Source: Paragordius varius
Lineage: Eukaryota; Animalia; Nematomorpha
Reading direction: 5' to 3'
Assembly (NCBI GenBank): GCA_964247055.1
Contig: OZ176052.1
Location: 3,844,001-3,908,000 of the forward strand
Length of the DNA stretch: 64,000 nucleotides
Part shown: piece after piece, positions 49,467 to 62,656 of the stretch
Layout: each line of letters starts with the position of its first letter
Position numbering within the stretch: the first letter of the stretch is position 1
Notes under the pieces: generated by a model
Told to the model about the DNA's origin: nothing
Seen by the model: only the letters and a program-made list of their open reading frames with translations
Database searches by the model: none
Made by a program: the position numbers and the translations under genes

Positions 49467-49762
49467 TCACTGCCTTAGAATAAATGTAACTATATAAAAT
49501 ACATATATTTTTATCAAAGACGATGTGCATAAAACTAATTTTTACATACATATAGCAAATTTTTAATATGATACTGTTAAACTAATTAAATACGCCCGTA
49601 AATAGTTTCGACTAAATATGCTGCTGCTAAAAAATATATAATGGATGAAGCTGGATCATTCATTGTAACATATGATTTTAAATATCCAGGGGAGTTTTTA
49701 CGTTGCGTCGGTTTTGTAGACATTAGCTTTGCGTATAATTAACTTTATTTATTTTTATCCAA

Positions 49763-52700
49763 ATGAATAAATCTTTATATAATAATTCGGAAAATCTCTC
49801 CATTTTTACTGATCAAATTAATTCAAAATTATATGAACTCGATTCCTCTCATATACAATCCAATGTGATTAATAATTTGGAAAAATATGAAATATTTTAC
49901 CATGCAATAGCAGACGAAGGCAATACTACCAACAGCAAAAGTATTATTTTAACTGTTTTTTCAAAATGTGTAATAGATTGCTTACAATACTTTGTTAGTT
50001 CTGTGCTTAGAAAATAGATTTTGTTAGCCACGACCTATTAATTTTCATAATCTAATTAATTTCCTTAATAAATTTTTAGTTAGCGGTCTAAATATATTAA
50101 ATTTTGATCTCATTTGTTAATATGCTACATCAGAGGTTCAGAGGCGTAGCTTGCATTTCTATCGCTCCCTCCATGCTACCCCTTGCATTTTAAAAATTAA
50201 TTTTCAAACCGTAGATATGACCACAACCACTCATAAATGAAGGATTTATTATGTATTATTTAATAACTTTTAAATACCTATTTTTTTGAATAGTCTAAAA
50301 AATTTGAAATCTGGCGCCCTTTCAACTATGGCGCCCGGTGTATCAGCCCCCCTTTCCGCTCCCACCAGCTACGCCTCTGCAAAGTTTTAACTCATTTATT
50401 TAATAGTCAAATAATTATATCAAATGGGACTTTTAACATGCTATATTTTTTCCCTTTTATGTAACTGAAAAAACAGAATTGAATTTTTTTGGAGACAAAC
50501 TCACAAAAGTTTCGTTAGTTCTTGATGAATTCGTGACCACAGAAAAGGCTTATTTGGATGACTTAACCATTATCCTGTCTGTAAGAATTTTTTTAGCCTT
50601 TGGCGTCATTATAAATATTGATTTTTATGTTTAACGGTAACACATAATATAAATAATTTATTATTATCCACCTAAATTTGAAAAACAATTTTTTTAAAAA
50701 AATTTTAATATATAATCTTTTTTTTTATTTTAATAAAATCCAATTTTTTATTTTATATGGATTCATTTTTACCTTTCATGATAAAAAAAAATGCCGTTGA
50801 TAGGCCATATCAATTTAGATTTTATTTCTTTATTTTTGTTGAATAAAGAACCTATTTACACCTCTAATTTAATGATTATTTTAATTAAATATCTTATTTT
50901 TTTAATGAATGAGAACATTGAACTTTCAGAGAATTCGGTCGAAACAAATGTAAAGGCCCTGAGTTTATTTTTTATAAATATACAAAAAACATTTGTTATT
51001 TATTTATACTAATTTACAGTTAAAAAAATTTAAATTTCCGAAAAAAAACAACATTATTATAAACATCACATCTTGTATCTTACTGTAGGAATATTTGATA
51101 CCACTCCAAAAATATTTGCATTGTTCTGGAACCGAGTCATTCCAAATCCAACATGTTGTAGAGGAAATATCAAATTTACGCAATCTAAGCCAGTAAAGTT
51201 CTCTTAAAATTATTGACAATAATTCTATTCTAAAATTATTGTTTTAAGATATAAACCTTAAATGTTTAACAATGTAGCCTAAATAATAATACATACTTCG
51301 CTAATTTTAGATAATAATTGATAATAATTATTATTTAACAATAAATGTATAACTTATTCCCATTCTCTATTGTCTGTATACGCATTATGTAAAAAATTAG
51401 AGTACAATATAGATATAAAGTTATATATAATATATATATATTAAATAAGAATATGCAAAAAAACAATTCACAATTAATTATATGTTGCTTAAAAAAAGGT
51501 AATATAGCGGGAAAACATAACAGGTTGTTGTCGAAAATTTCTGTTAACTGTGGTAAACAATTAGAACTGATAGATAAGCAAAGAAATATGAGAATATAAA
51601 AATATATAAATATGTTTAAAATGCTTTACTATCCTTCTCATAAGTGAATTTTTATGAATTTATTTAATTACATGTATTTCTTTTTGATTTTAATGAATTT
51701 AACACAAATAGTTTGTGTTTAATTGTGATGGACCAAAATTAGATAAAAAATTATGGATTTGAAAATTTTGTTTTAATCCTGCAGAAAGTTTTATAATCAA
51801 ACGATGGTCGATTCGCAAATAGCTGGCTTAACCCATCAAATTAATACAGTTTGTCAAGCTTTGATACAACTGGAAACCGAATATGAGACGGCGTACCGAA
51901 CCTATTGCAATAATTTTCAAACGTAAATTTATATTAGGATAATAATTCAGCTATAACTGAATAAATTTATTAAAGAGAATATTTTCGATTCCTACTTGTA
52001 ATTTTAGTCCAATAAAAATAAAATATAAATTAAAAAATATAAATATTTTTTTACATCGCAATGATTTAAACCACAACAGTACATTTATTAATATTCGTGG
52101 CTCTATTATGATTGATAATTTATTTACTTGATTCATATATTATCTGTTTTTAATGTATAACTTTATATTCCTTTTAAAATAATACAGAATAAATACCATG
52201 ATCTCAAACACTAATGGCCATCGCCAAAATAATATGAGCGAATTTTTGGCTCGAAGACAAAAAGATCTTGGACACAATTTACCATTCACTTCATTTTTGC
52301 TCAAACCCATTCAAAGGATATCCAAATATCCCCTATTACTAAATGTATGCATATTATATATTTTTATTTTTTTGATATCCCGGCGCTTCTTTATAAAACA
52401 ATGCTTTTAAACAACCAATAAACCTAATCAAAATTAAGAAATATCATTTTACATTTAAACATTTAAATGATTTATATTAAGGTTTGCATATTTATAAACA
52501 AAATACATTACGTCGAATATAGTAATTAGCGTTATCAATATTTAATAATAATTTCCATTTAAGTGTTTTGGCTTGAAAAATAGTTAAATACGGTGTCACC
52601 AAAAGTTAGATGTATTTAATTTAACATTCAGTCAAATGATAAATTTCCTTAAGTTGTGATGAAAAATTGTAATAAAAGTTGTATCCTCCATATTTTAGAA

Positions 52701-55700
52701 TTTAAAGAAGGCCGTAATGGAAATGGAAAATAACAATCTGATTGTGATTGAAAAGGCACATATGGGAATGACTAGAGTTGCCTATAATGTTAACACCTAC
52801 CTTAAAATCCAAGAAAACCAATCCCGATTACACACTATTCTTGCAAATGGTCTTTTTGTCAATTTTCCAGTAATAATTTTATCCATTTTATGATATACTT
52901 TGAATATATATATAAATTTTGACAGCAAAATTTCACAGTTGTTTTAAATCTAATATTTATTAATAACTTGCCAATATATATATCAAATCATTTAACAATA
53001 AAATGGGCAAGTTTAAATAGCTGCTAGATTGATTTAAATCTTAGAATATTACAGAATAGACACTTTATAAATTATTATTAACTTTGTGCTTAAAATCTTT
53101 ATGTTGTTAATGCGTATTAAACGACTGATTTTTAAGGTATACGGTGGAGAATAATGATTTGATATATAAGATTACGTTAGTCTTATAACATAGTATGGTC
53201 GTATCATTGCGTGTATTACTATATTTACTAATTTAGCTAAATACTGTCATATCATTATACAAGGAAATGAATAATATTTATTTTAGGTTCTAGGGTCCTA
53301 GGTGTAATTTACAAGTTTCTAGGAAATTAGATTTTTAAAATATTATTATGAGAGAGTTAAAGACACCTACTACTTGAGGCTCTATATTTCAAAAAATTAT
53401 TTCAAACCTTTAAACTGTTTGTGAAATACACTATGTTAAAAACATTGTTAGCTTTTTAGTAAATATCGCCAGGTATAATTAAGATAAATGCAAGCCAGAA
53501 AAAGCATATGCATACATTTATGCACAAATTTTCAATAATATATCTCTCTACTGTAATATGAAATACTGACAATTTTCGCTCGTACTCTAAAATTTTTTAG
53601 TTTTCTTTATTTACTACTAATTATTATTTACGGCGTTAGAAAACTTTATTAAACAACAACCAAGAAAACAATGTTATACAAACCGATGAACATATTCAAC
53701 ACAATTTTTATCGACTTTTTGGTCCTTTATTGTTGGAGAGCCCTATGTGCCTTCGAATCAAAACAAAACATCCCATTCGAATAGTGACAACAAAATCACC
53801 TGCGCACAATGTTGAAAATGGTAAAAATAAAAATTGGCAGTCAGAAGATCATCGGAACTACAGCTCTTCACAACCATGCCTAACTACGTTTTCTTCAAAA
53901 TCCGCCGTGACCCCTAATAAGGAATCGGGTTCCGGAAACGGTATTTTTTTATAAAATACTTTGAAATAATTAAACATTTTTTTACCATGTTTTATAATTA
54001 TTTTAAACGTTTCGTTCTAATTATGTATGAATATCATTACTTTTGTTCAAAGTTCATCGATTTAAAAAAATATTAGCATGTATCGAAAGTTTTGGAATGA
54101 ATTATACTAAATTTAAATTATTATTTTTACATAAACAATTCGTTCGCAATCAATTTATGAAATCCATATATTTAAAATTAATATTTTTTACTTAGATAAT
54201 ATCAATATGAATGGGTCAAATCGGTTTTATCGGAGTCAAAACCATCGTCACAGATTGGAATACAGAATGGAAATTAGTGATGTTAAGGATAGATATGGAT
54301 TTTTATTTCAAAATGCATTGCTTATCTGCAAGAAAAGAGTAAAACGGTTTACTGATAAACCCCTCCACATTTTCAGCAATAATAACTCTGTTACTAATGA
54401 GACAAATGTTATAAAGTTTGGACCACACGAGGATAATGGACAATGCTATAGCTTTAAGGAGTTGCTCAATGTAAGGATTTTTATATATTTTGATTACGCT
54501 ACCGTATTCAAAATTAAAACATTTTGTATTAACACATTAAGTGAACTTTACTGGATTAAAATTTAAAAGCGGTCTTTTTTGTCAAATTTTATAGAATTTA
54601 TAACTATATTTAACTAATAATAGGTTCGGCATATGAGATTAAAAGTTACACCGCCTACTCATTTAAAGAGAACCAATATAAAAACGCCAAATTCAAATAA
54701 TTCTTTAGCAAAGTATATTGTAAAAATACAATACATAAATTTTTTTCCACCTCCCATTAACAATGCTTCAAGATGTGAGAATATCTCTCTTTTCGGGAAT
54801 TCCATAATCAATAATATCAATCAGAAAGCAAACTTTAAATCATACCTCAACACCAATGTTATTACATCATTGACTACTAATGACTTAATTAATTCAAAAC
54901 CATATAGCAATCCAAATGGATTATCACAGTTTGGTTTTTTTCAAGGGTCCAATTTCGTTAATTCTCAACAAGACGTACCGCGTGAAAATAATACGTTGCA
55001 ATATGAAAAAAAGTTATACATTTTACAATTCCCTAACGTATCTATGCAAGAAACCTGGTATCAAACGTTGCATGATATAGTGAATAATCGTGGAAACTCT
55101 ACCAACATGTATAATGAAATGTATGAATGATATTTTATAATTAGATAAAATATATTTGAAATTCTTATATTTTAATTAACTATATATCTTATAGTCTAAC
55201 ACGACCATACCAAGCTTTAGAACCATCCTCTATTAAACCTAAAACTATCATTGCAGAAAATCGTGTAAAAGTATGTATATTTTTAGATAAATAAATTTTT
55301 TTAAACGAAATAATTTTATTGTTGTTTAATCATAATTTTAAATATTACTTAGCGTAAAAACTCGCTGAAGCCATTACGCAACCTGTTGCTACCCGAGAAT
55401 TTAAATGGTAAAAGTAAAAATGGTCAAGATATAGCTCAGCTTTCTTCCCACTTTTTTTGTGGGCTAAATATCGATGGCACACGAACATTTGAAAACTGTC
55501 AACAAACCGATAAAAATAATAAGAATCAATTAAAACTAAAACCTGATGATTTTTATCGATTACCCCTAATAGAGGTTCAAGACACAGAAAAACCCCTTGA
55601 ACCCAAACGCGATACAAATAAGTTAAAAAATAATGCATCAGAATATTTAGTTTCTTTATCATCGGCGGACATAATAAAAGACCTATCACAACTTAATTGG

Positions 55701-56084
55701 GAACAAAAAAGTTTTTTTCCCGCAACCGATCACCAACATAATTTAAATTGTTCCACGTCAACGAATCCATTCCGTTCCAACGTTACGCAAAATAATAATT
55801 TATTATGTAGTAATGATAATAAAAATTTACCACAAACTAAGACCCAGTTTTCACCTACAAAAAACTTAATAAACATTTCAACGGATCTTAAAATAAATTA
55901 TATTAAAACCTTAACACCTACACCTATGAAACATTTACATGTGTATAAAGATAATAATCAAATTGGATCTGGAGATGCTAGGTATGATGTCCTTCGATGG
56001 TCTCAACTCTCTAATCATTCTTCAGTAAGTAGCGGGTTTTTTTCGCTAAATTCTGCTGATATTTCAAACACATCAACCAATTAA
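49763..56084 (+). CDS. Dbl-family Rho guanine nucleotide exchange factor (DH-PH); 5' end uncertain
   Basis: DH exons: ~50494-50580 (LVLDEFVTTEKAYLDDL), ~51089-51192, ~51786-51922 (YRTYCNNF), ~52188-52343 (LPFTSFLLKPIQRISKYPLLL), ~52698-52849. Then a 17-nt micro-exon 53287-53303. PH exons: 53640-53940, ~54197-54470 (RYGFLFQNALLICKK), ~54624-55120 (LYILQF..QETWYQTL). Final exons are ~55195-55270 and 55353-56084. The start at ATG 49763 is tentative, and a further exon-like segment lies at ~49607-49732. Confidence 0.85.
50139..50379. mobile_element. hAT-like MITE in the first RhoGEF intron
   Basis: Perfect 13-bp TIR CAGAGGCGTAGCT / AGCTACGCCTCTG. The 8-bp flanks CAGAGGTT / CAAAGTTT match at 6 of 8 positions, consistent with a decayed TSD. 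Confidence 0.75.
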
Positions 56085-56966
56085 CTTTTGCAAACTAATA
56101 TTTTTTTGTTATAACTTCTTATAGATTAACGGTTTATATGAGAGAAAAAACTATTTTTTTACCAATGATTGCAATAGTTTAGAAAAATTTTTATGGATCA
56201 TTCCTTATTACACACTTGATTGCATTTATGTCATATAATTCTGACAAATATCATCTTTATTTATTATAAAAATGTTAAACTGGTGAATTTATACACATGC
56301 ATATTTAGTTTTATTCCAAAGACATGTTCAAAAATAAATATTTTTACACGTATGTATTATATTTGGTCAAAAATCATCGCTATAAATCGGACGGTAGTTT
56401 GTTTTTCGTAATAATTCCTGTTACAGTATTAATATATACATGCTAATTTTTAATTTATTGCCAGGAAATATTATTGGCTTAAACTTATTATCATTTCTTG
56501 ATACGCTTATAATACTCTAGGCTTGATTATTTGGCAATATTAGATGCAAATCTATTTATAGTTATTTATACTGTATTAACTTTACGATTTTTTTGGAGCT
56601 TAATCAAATAAAAGTGTTAATTGCAAAAATATCCCAAAGTGTCATTTAAATTGATATACTAATAGAATTATAACATGGTTCTTTTCAGGAACATAATCTT
56701 AAAAATATGTGATAAAACATTAGAGCTTATTAATGTAGACTATAAAACAAAAAATCAATAAACATTTAAGTTTATTCAATTATATTTCACGTAAAATACA
56801 CTCGTTTTCACTTCCTACGTTTAGTATATTTTCTTGCCGGGACTTGGCGCTGGTTTATGTTTTCCTTAATCGGTCTTCGAGCTGACTCTAGATCGGGATA
56901 TACTAATTTTTTATTTAAACGCTTAGTGGTAAGCGTTCTTTCATCCATTATACAAAACAAACAATC

Positions 56967-57262
56967 TCATAAAATTATATAAAATTTTATACCATTTATA
57001 TGATTTTTTGGAATTCTCCAAACCATCGGAATGGAAAAGGTAAAGCCATGAGTCCCATGTTTATTCCACTTACACAGTATAACATGGCATCCTGCGCAGA
57101 TATTTGGTGGGGCCCAGGTCTGTTTGTAATCAGCAAGTTTGTCCTTAAAATATGATTCGTACAAATGAATTATATTGGAAGTGATTGGACGTAAATTGCA
57201 TTTTTTGTGAATTTTACCACAGACATAGCAAAAAATTTCTCGTTTTAACTTGCAGTTTCTAG
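56967..57262 (-). mobile_element. N-terminal zinc-finger fragment of a DNA transposase (resembles CMC/Chapaev3)
   Basis: Open frame RNCKLKREIFCYVCGK...LYESYFKDKLADYKQTWAPPNICAGC...W...FSIPMVWRIPKNH, then a stop. It matches my recollection of the FCYxCG..YF..GDQDKxWAPH..C..C..W..F.IPM.WREP.H transposase motif. The family name is from memory and was not searched. Confidence 0.6.
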
Positions 57263-57405
57263 TTTTACCTAAAAATATTATAAATTATATTACTTTTGTT
57301 TTCTAATATATATAAAGGGATTTCATATATATCCATGTCGACTTCAGATGGGTTTAGCTAAGATCAGGGTCGATTTCCCGCTAAAATTCATATAATGTTT
57401 TGTAA

Positions 57406-60335
57406 CACTTGGATACAACACATTCATTTTAGCCCTTCGATTCAAATTGGGGTAGTTAAATACCCCAGACCTGTTAAATTATTACTCTTTAAAAAACATG
57501 GAAGGAATCGAAACCATGACAAAATTTTGCACTTATATAACAATAATAAACCGAAATATGTAGAAAATTTTATTCAAAAATATATGATTTACGTATTTTA
57601 AGCTAAAACCGAAAGGTAAAAATTTGGTCAACGTGACATGTGTGCAATGGTAAAATTGAAAAATAATACAAAATAAACCGCTTTTCTATTTTATTAATGT
57701 TAGTTGTAATTTAAATAAAAAGTTAATTTTAATTTTATAAAGACGATATTTTGCAAAAAATTTGTAAAATAAAAATGGCGTCGAAGTAGTTATGGAACTT
57801 TTTTTGCAAAACAAAATATTATTTAGATAGTTTGGCATATTTATATACTTTTTATTAGGATAGAAGCATAAATTTGAATTGGGAACGTTTCATTCAGCAG
57901 TTTTCTAAAAATCCTAACTCAAATTTAGTTTGGGGTATTTACATACCCCAATTTGAACCGAAGTGTTAATAATTATTTAAATTAGGGTATCTAGAGACCC
58001 CAGACATATTTAAGTTAATATTTTTACAAAACTACTGACTATATCCTAATAAAAATTGTATATATAAGCAAAATATCTAAACAAATTTAATTTGACACTC
58101 GGATACAGCTCATTGTTTTCAGTCCTTTGATTCGAATTGGGATAGTTAGATACTTCAGGCCTTAAAATTTAAATTTTTAAAAATTATGAAAGGAATCGAA
58201 GCCATGGTGCACTAATATTACATTAATCAACCTAAATATAAAAAAAACATTCGAAAATGCTTGATATTACTTATTTTAAGGTAAAACTTAAAGGTAAAAA
58301 TTCACGCAACATGAATGTGTGCAATGCTAAATATAATTACAAAAAAACATTTTGTGTATATCAATGTTATATAATTTTAATAAAAAAGAAAATTTTGGTA
58401 TCTAAATACCCCGGACTATATTTAAGTTGAAAATTTTAAAAACTACTTAAAGAAACGGGTTTAATTTAAATTTATGCTTCTACCCTAATAATAATTATAT
58501 AAATAAGCCGAATATCTAAATAAAATATGGTTTTATAAAAAATTTCTATATCAAACTACTTCGACGTCTTTTTTATTTTACAACATTTTTTGCAAAATAT
58601 CGTCTTCATTTAATTTTAAGGGTAAAATTAAAGCTAATTTTTATTTAAATTACATCTAACATTGATAGAAATAGAAAAAGCGGTTTTTGTATTGTTTTTT
58701 AATTTTACCATTTCAAACATGTCACGTTGATGAAATTTTTACCTTTCGATTTTAGCTTAAAATAAGTTATATCAAGTACTTTTGAATAAAATTTTTTATA
58801 TATGTCGGTATTAATGTTATATAATTGCAAATTTTTGCCATGGTTTCGATTCCTTTCATAATTTTTTTTAATTTTAAAGAGGCCTGGGTATCCAACTACC
58901 CCAATTTGAATCGAAGGACTGAAATGAATGTGTTGTATCCAAGTGTTAAATAAACATGATATTTTGCAAAAATTATGTAAAATAAAAGTGGCGTCCAAGT
59001 AGGTTTATATAAAACCTTTTTTCAAAACTAAATTTTATTTACATATTTCAGCTTATTTATATAATTTTCATTAGGATAGAAGCATAAATCTAAAATAAAA
59101 CCGTTTTGTTCAGTAATTTTTTTAAAATATCAAATTAAATATAATCTGGGGTATTTAGATACCCCAATTCGAATCTAAGTGTGTAAAAAAAGTTTCATAT
59201 CAAACTACTTTGACGCCATTCTAATTTTAAAACATTTTTTAAAATATCGTGATTATTTAATTTTTTAAAAAAGAGGTTTTAAATCCATCTAACATTGATA
59301 GAAACAGAAAAAGTGGTTTATTTTGCATTAATTTTAAATTTGATAAAGGCATACATGTCGTGACAAAATTTTTACCTTAATAAAGTAGTAAAAAGTATTT
59401 TTTAATGAATTTTTAGCAAACATTTGCCATGGTTTCAATTCCTTCGATATTTTCTGAGGTATTTAATTTTAAACACTGGGGTATCCAGCTGCCCCAATTC
59501 GAATCGAAGGACGGAAATGAATGTGTTGTATCCACGCTTCTGATATGTAAATTATAAATTATGTTTAATTATATTGCATCAAAATTTAACATTTATGGTG
59601 TAAATTAATAAAGTTTGTTATGCTTTAATACAACTGATAATATGAGACATACCGAACGTATTGCAATTATTTTCAAATGTAACATATTAAAAAATGTTTG
59701 GAAATAAAAAAGGATTTTAAAAAATGATGAGAAAAATTAGAGGCTTATATAGTTTACATGGATATAAATATAGCAATTCCGGTAATATTATTTTATGAAT
59801 TTATTATTCTGACGCCAAAATTTAACACTTCGATACAAATTCGGGTATCTAAATACCATTGACAATAATTAAGCTGCTATTTTTAAAAACTACTTAGAAA
59901 CGATTCCAAATTAAATTTATCCATCCTAATAAATATTATAAAAATACACCAAATTATCTGAATAAAATTTAGTTTTAGACAGTTCCGTATCAAAGTACTG
60001 GACGGCATTTTTATTTTACAACATTTTAGCATATTGTGTTTATTTGATTCTAATTCTAAAAGTAAGTTTATTTCTTATTCCATTTAACATTTATATAGAC
60101 AGAGTGGTATATTTTGCAATATTTTTACATTTTTATTCATCCATGTCATCTTGGATAACTTTTTACCTTTGGGTTTTTTGAATGTATTTTTTTGGTTCAT
60201 TAATTTATTTAAGTGCGAATGCCATGGTTTTAATTTATTCCATATTTTTTAAATATTATATTTTAAACAAGCCTGGGGTATCTAACTACGCCAATTTGAA
60301 TCGAAGGACTGAAATGAATGCGTTGTATCCAAGTG
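57406..60335. mobile_element. Second cluster of about six TTAA-MITE copies in mixed orientation
   Basis: Near-complete copies lie at 57406-57965, ~58395-58945 and 59826-60335 (TTAA on both sides). Partial copies lie at ~58096-58400, 58950-59181 and 59183-59537. Confidence 0.85.
59602..59688 (+). pseudogene. Decayed copy of the 3' half of a RhoGEF DH exon and its donor site
   Basis: AAATTAATAAAGTTTGTTATGCTTTAATACAACTG..AATATGAGAC..TACCGAACGTATTGCAATTATTTTCAAATGTAA aligns with 51838-51928, with small deletions. Confidence 0.75.
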
Positions 60336-60769
60336 TTAAGTTAGGCAATTGTTTTGAATAAACTAATAATTTATGGGTTGGTAATTCACTGGTTAAATCA
60401 TTAAATATTTTAGGCAGTTTAAGTGTTCTAAAATGATTGATTTAATAATTATTATATTACAATAGAGTTTTTATAAGTTATGATTGGCCTTATTTGTGCT
60501 TAGCTTTCAAAATCTTCATGTTTATATGTGTTAAACCACTGATTCATTTTAAATAATGTCAGAAAATTTTACCTAATGCGTTAATATTTACATCATTGAT
60601 CAATATTAAAATAATATTAACATTGTGTGCATTGTGTATCAACTTAGAATCTAAATTTATTGACCGCCATATATATATATATATATCACTGTGTACAAAA
60701 AAGGGTTAATTTTAAATTAAACTTATTGCGAGAAAATTAAAATTGTTAGATTTCATTAAAAAATATTGA

Positions 60770-62040
60770 TAAAACTTGATATTATTGTTTATTATCATTT
60801 TAGCAGATAACAATTTTTTCAATAGCCTAATATCATATAGTTAGGGTTTTTAAGACTTGAAAATCGCGTTTTATTTTTAACATACTTAAAAGACAATAAT
60901 TTTTTAATGAATTATTTTAAATATTTTTAAATTATTTATTAGATAAATTTACTATTATTATAACATTCATATTTTATTCAGTAAAAAAACTTATATATCA
61001 AATAAAACTATATTGTTTTTTATTTTTTCACATTTTTGTCATCTGGTTTATGAAAAACTTATACTGTTTTATTTTGGTACATGAGCAGGAGTTATAAAGT
61101 ATATAAATTAATGCAAAATGGGTTTTTAAAGTCGTGGAATATCAGCCAACAATACGTACAAATCCCTGTAACCGGTTTGTTTTATTACAAATTAATATTT
61201 TTACTGGAATTCGTACGGAATTTTTGTTGATATTCCACTACTTGTGAATCCTATTTTGTATCAATTTATATACTTTGTAATTCCCGCTCATGTATGATAT
61301 CAATATAAAACAGTAAATTTTTTATACAGTCATAAACCAAATGACAAAAAAAATGAAATAATAAAAACAATATTTTTAGTTTTATTTTGATATATAAATT
61401 TTTTTCACTGGATAAAATATGAATGCTAAGATTTTAATAGTGAGTTTAGCTAGTAAATAATAATTGATATGGTTTCAACAAAAAATTTTTTGTCTTTAAT
61501 TATCGCGAAACTATATGATTTTAGGCTATTTTCAAATTGTAAACTGCTAACCTAATCTCTCAAGTTTTATTAATATAATTATCCATATTTTCCCTTTTTG
61601 CCACCATTTTAATTTACTTTTGCGGCAAATGAATTCACTGGTCATTATCTATCTCATGAATAAATGACGACCTAGTTTTTAAAATATTGAGAGAAAATCA
61701 AAATTGAGCAAAAAGGGAAATTAAGGATAATTAAAAAAAATAATGATAAAACTTGAGATAATATGTTTTATTATATGTTAGCAGTTTACAATTTATAAAT
61801 AGCCTAAAAACATATAGTTAGGGTTTTACCAACTTAGATCAAAAAATCGCGTTTTTCTTTTAACATACTCAAAGACAAAAAAATTTTATGAAACTAAATC
61901 AAAAAAATTTCTTAATTATTTACTAGCTCAAGTCACTATTAAAATCTTAACATTCATAATTTTGTTTTTTTTCATAAGATAATTAATTCATTGGACGCAA
62001 AATATTTGTTGACCACCTAGTTTTTGAAATATTGAGAGAA
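60770..62040. repeat. Direct and inverted repeat structure, probably an unclassified TE
   Basis: 60770-60960 is a diverged direct copy of 61748-61960. 61522-61572 is the reverse complement of ~61748-61808. TAGTTTTT.AAATATTGAGAGAAAAT occurs at ~61672 and ~62018. Confidence 0.55.
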
Positions 62041-62656
62041 AATATTTGGGCAAATAGATAGTTTTTAATTAATATTTTAATAGTTTACATAACTTATTGA
62101 AAATATTCTGTTGAACAATTGCGACATTCATCCTTATCAACATGTGTGGTCACTTAATTTTTGGGCGAGACAAACGTTAATATACAATCATGACGCCGAA
62201 ATTATAAATAGATTGCGATGTTAAAGGTACAAAATATGTATTAACGTTTTTTTATCATACATCAACGATGGTATTTTTTTAAAGTATACCTTAGCGCCGA
62301 ATATAGCATATCTTTTATTAAAACACACTCAAATTTTTACTTTTTTTAGAATATTTCATTCCGTAATTTCTAATTTCGTATACGCAACCCATATATTTAT
62401 TATTTCATGAACATTTATTGGATTATTTGAGAGATATTAATTTTAAAAATAAAAAAACTCATAAATTAACAAATTTTTTGCAAATTTTCAATATGGGTTG
62501 GTAAAATTACAAAAGTATTAATTTTCACATATCAAAAGTTTTGAATTAGGGTTTGAATGGTTGCTTCTTGCATATCTTATCCTCAACCTAAATAAAATTT
62601 ATATTGGTTAATAAAACAAATTATTCTAAGAGCTAATTTTTATTTATAAACTATAC

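Noticed and set aside
55345-55689. 114-aa minus-strand ORF (similarly 39023-39265, 32022-32210, 34059-34376)
   Set aside because: These are antisense or off-frame shadows of real exons.
57356-57367. GCTAAGATCA resembling U2 snRNA
   Set aside because: Only 10 nt match; there is no GTAGTA branch-pairing sequence or Sm site.
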